The translations under genes and the position numbers were made by a program. A stretch of DNA of 36,860 nt from Octopus bimaculoides. Its lineage: Eukaryota. Under the pieces are notes generated by a model. That model saw nothing but the letters and a program-made list of their open reading frames with translations. It was not told where the DNA came from and ran no database searches. The stretch is taken from contig NC_069002.1 in NCBI RefSeq assembly GCF_001194135.2, positions 18,783,916 through 18,820,775 on the forward strand. Reading direction: 5' to 3'. Below, piece by piece: positions 36,539 through 36,860 of the stretch (its first letter is position 1; the number at the start of each line of letters is the position of its first letter).

Positions 36539-36748
36539 TTTATGTTTGACTTTTGTTTTGCATTTGTACAAGTTGGATCTAAGTCTCACCCAGAGACCTC
36601 AAGAGACAACAAGTTAGAAGTTCATGTAGGTGTTATGCCTAGGGTACCATATATTTGGATTTGTACAGTTTTGTTCAAGTGAATGTTTAAGAAACCATAA
36701 GAAAATTGTGTTTGCTTTAAAATTTGAGATCACATAGACAGTATTTTA

Positions 36749-36750
<2 letters not shown>
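36539..36750 (-). mobile_element. R4/Dong-type element 3' end (last codons KILSM* and 3' UTR), severely 5'-truncated
   Basis: The minus strand reads aaa ata ctg tct atg tga, then about 190 nt of UTR ending aaagtcaaacataaaataataataat. It is flanked on both sides by (AAT/ATT)n. The family assignment comes from recognition of the C-terminus and is shorter evidence than for the other fragments. Confidence 0.6.
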
Positions 36751-36820
<70 letters not shown>

Positions 36821-36838
36821 CATTATTATTATTATTAT
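36750..36838. repeat. (ATT)n microsatellite
   Basis: Directly visible. Confidence 0.97.
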
Positions 36839-36860
36839 GGTGTTTTTTCTTCTTTCTTTA

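Overview
This is non-coding, repeat-dense animal genomic DNA. It is most consistent with an octopus (inferred from recognition of the SINE families and the extreme microsatellite load; not verified). No intact gene is recognisable, and most entries in the ORF track are microsatellite read-through. The window holds about 15 copies of one tRNA-derived SINE and two further short repeat families. It also holds five R4/Dong-type non-LTR fragments, a CR1-group RT fragment, an L1/Tx1-type ORF1 fragment, two Penelope-like fragments (RT and GIY-YIG), hAT and mariner transposase relics, a probable Tigger/pogo-like MITE and a Helentron-like (HINE/DINE-1-type) element. The most notable observations are: (1) a minus-strand unit joining a tRNA-like Pol III head to a minimal hammerhead ribozyme with an intact catalytic core (22030-22325); (2) three independent tail-to-tail R4/Dong-SINE junctions sharing an (AAT/ATT)n tract; (3) a SINE copy whose interior has been rewritten into a perfect 19-bp hairpin; (4) weak hints of scattered minus-strand exons. 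All protein and family assignments come from manual translation and motif recognition, not database searches.
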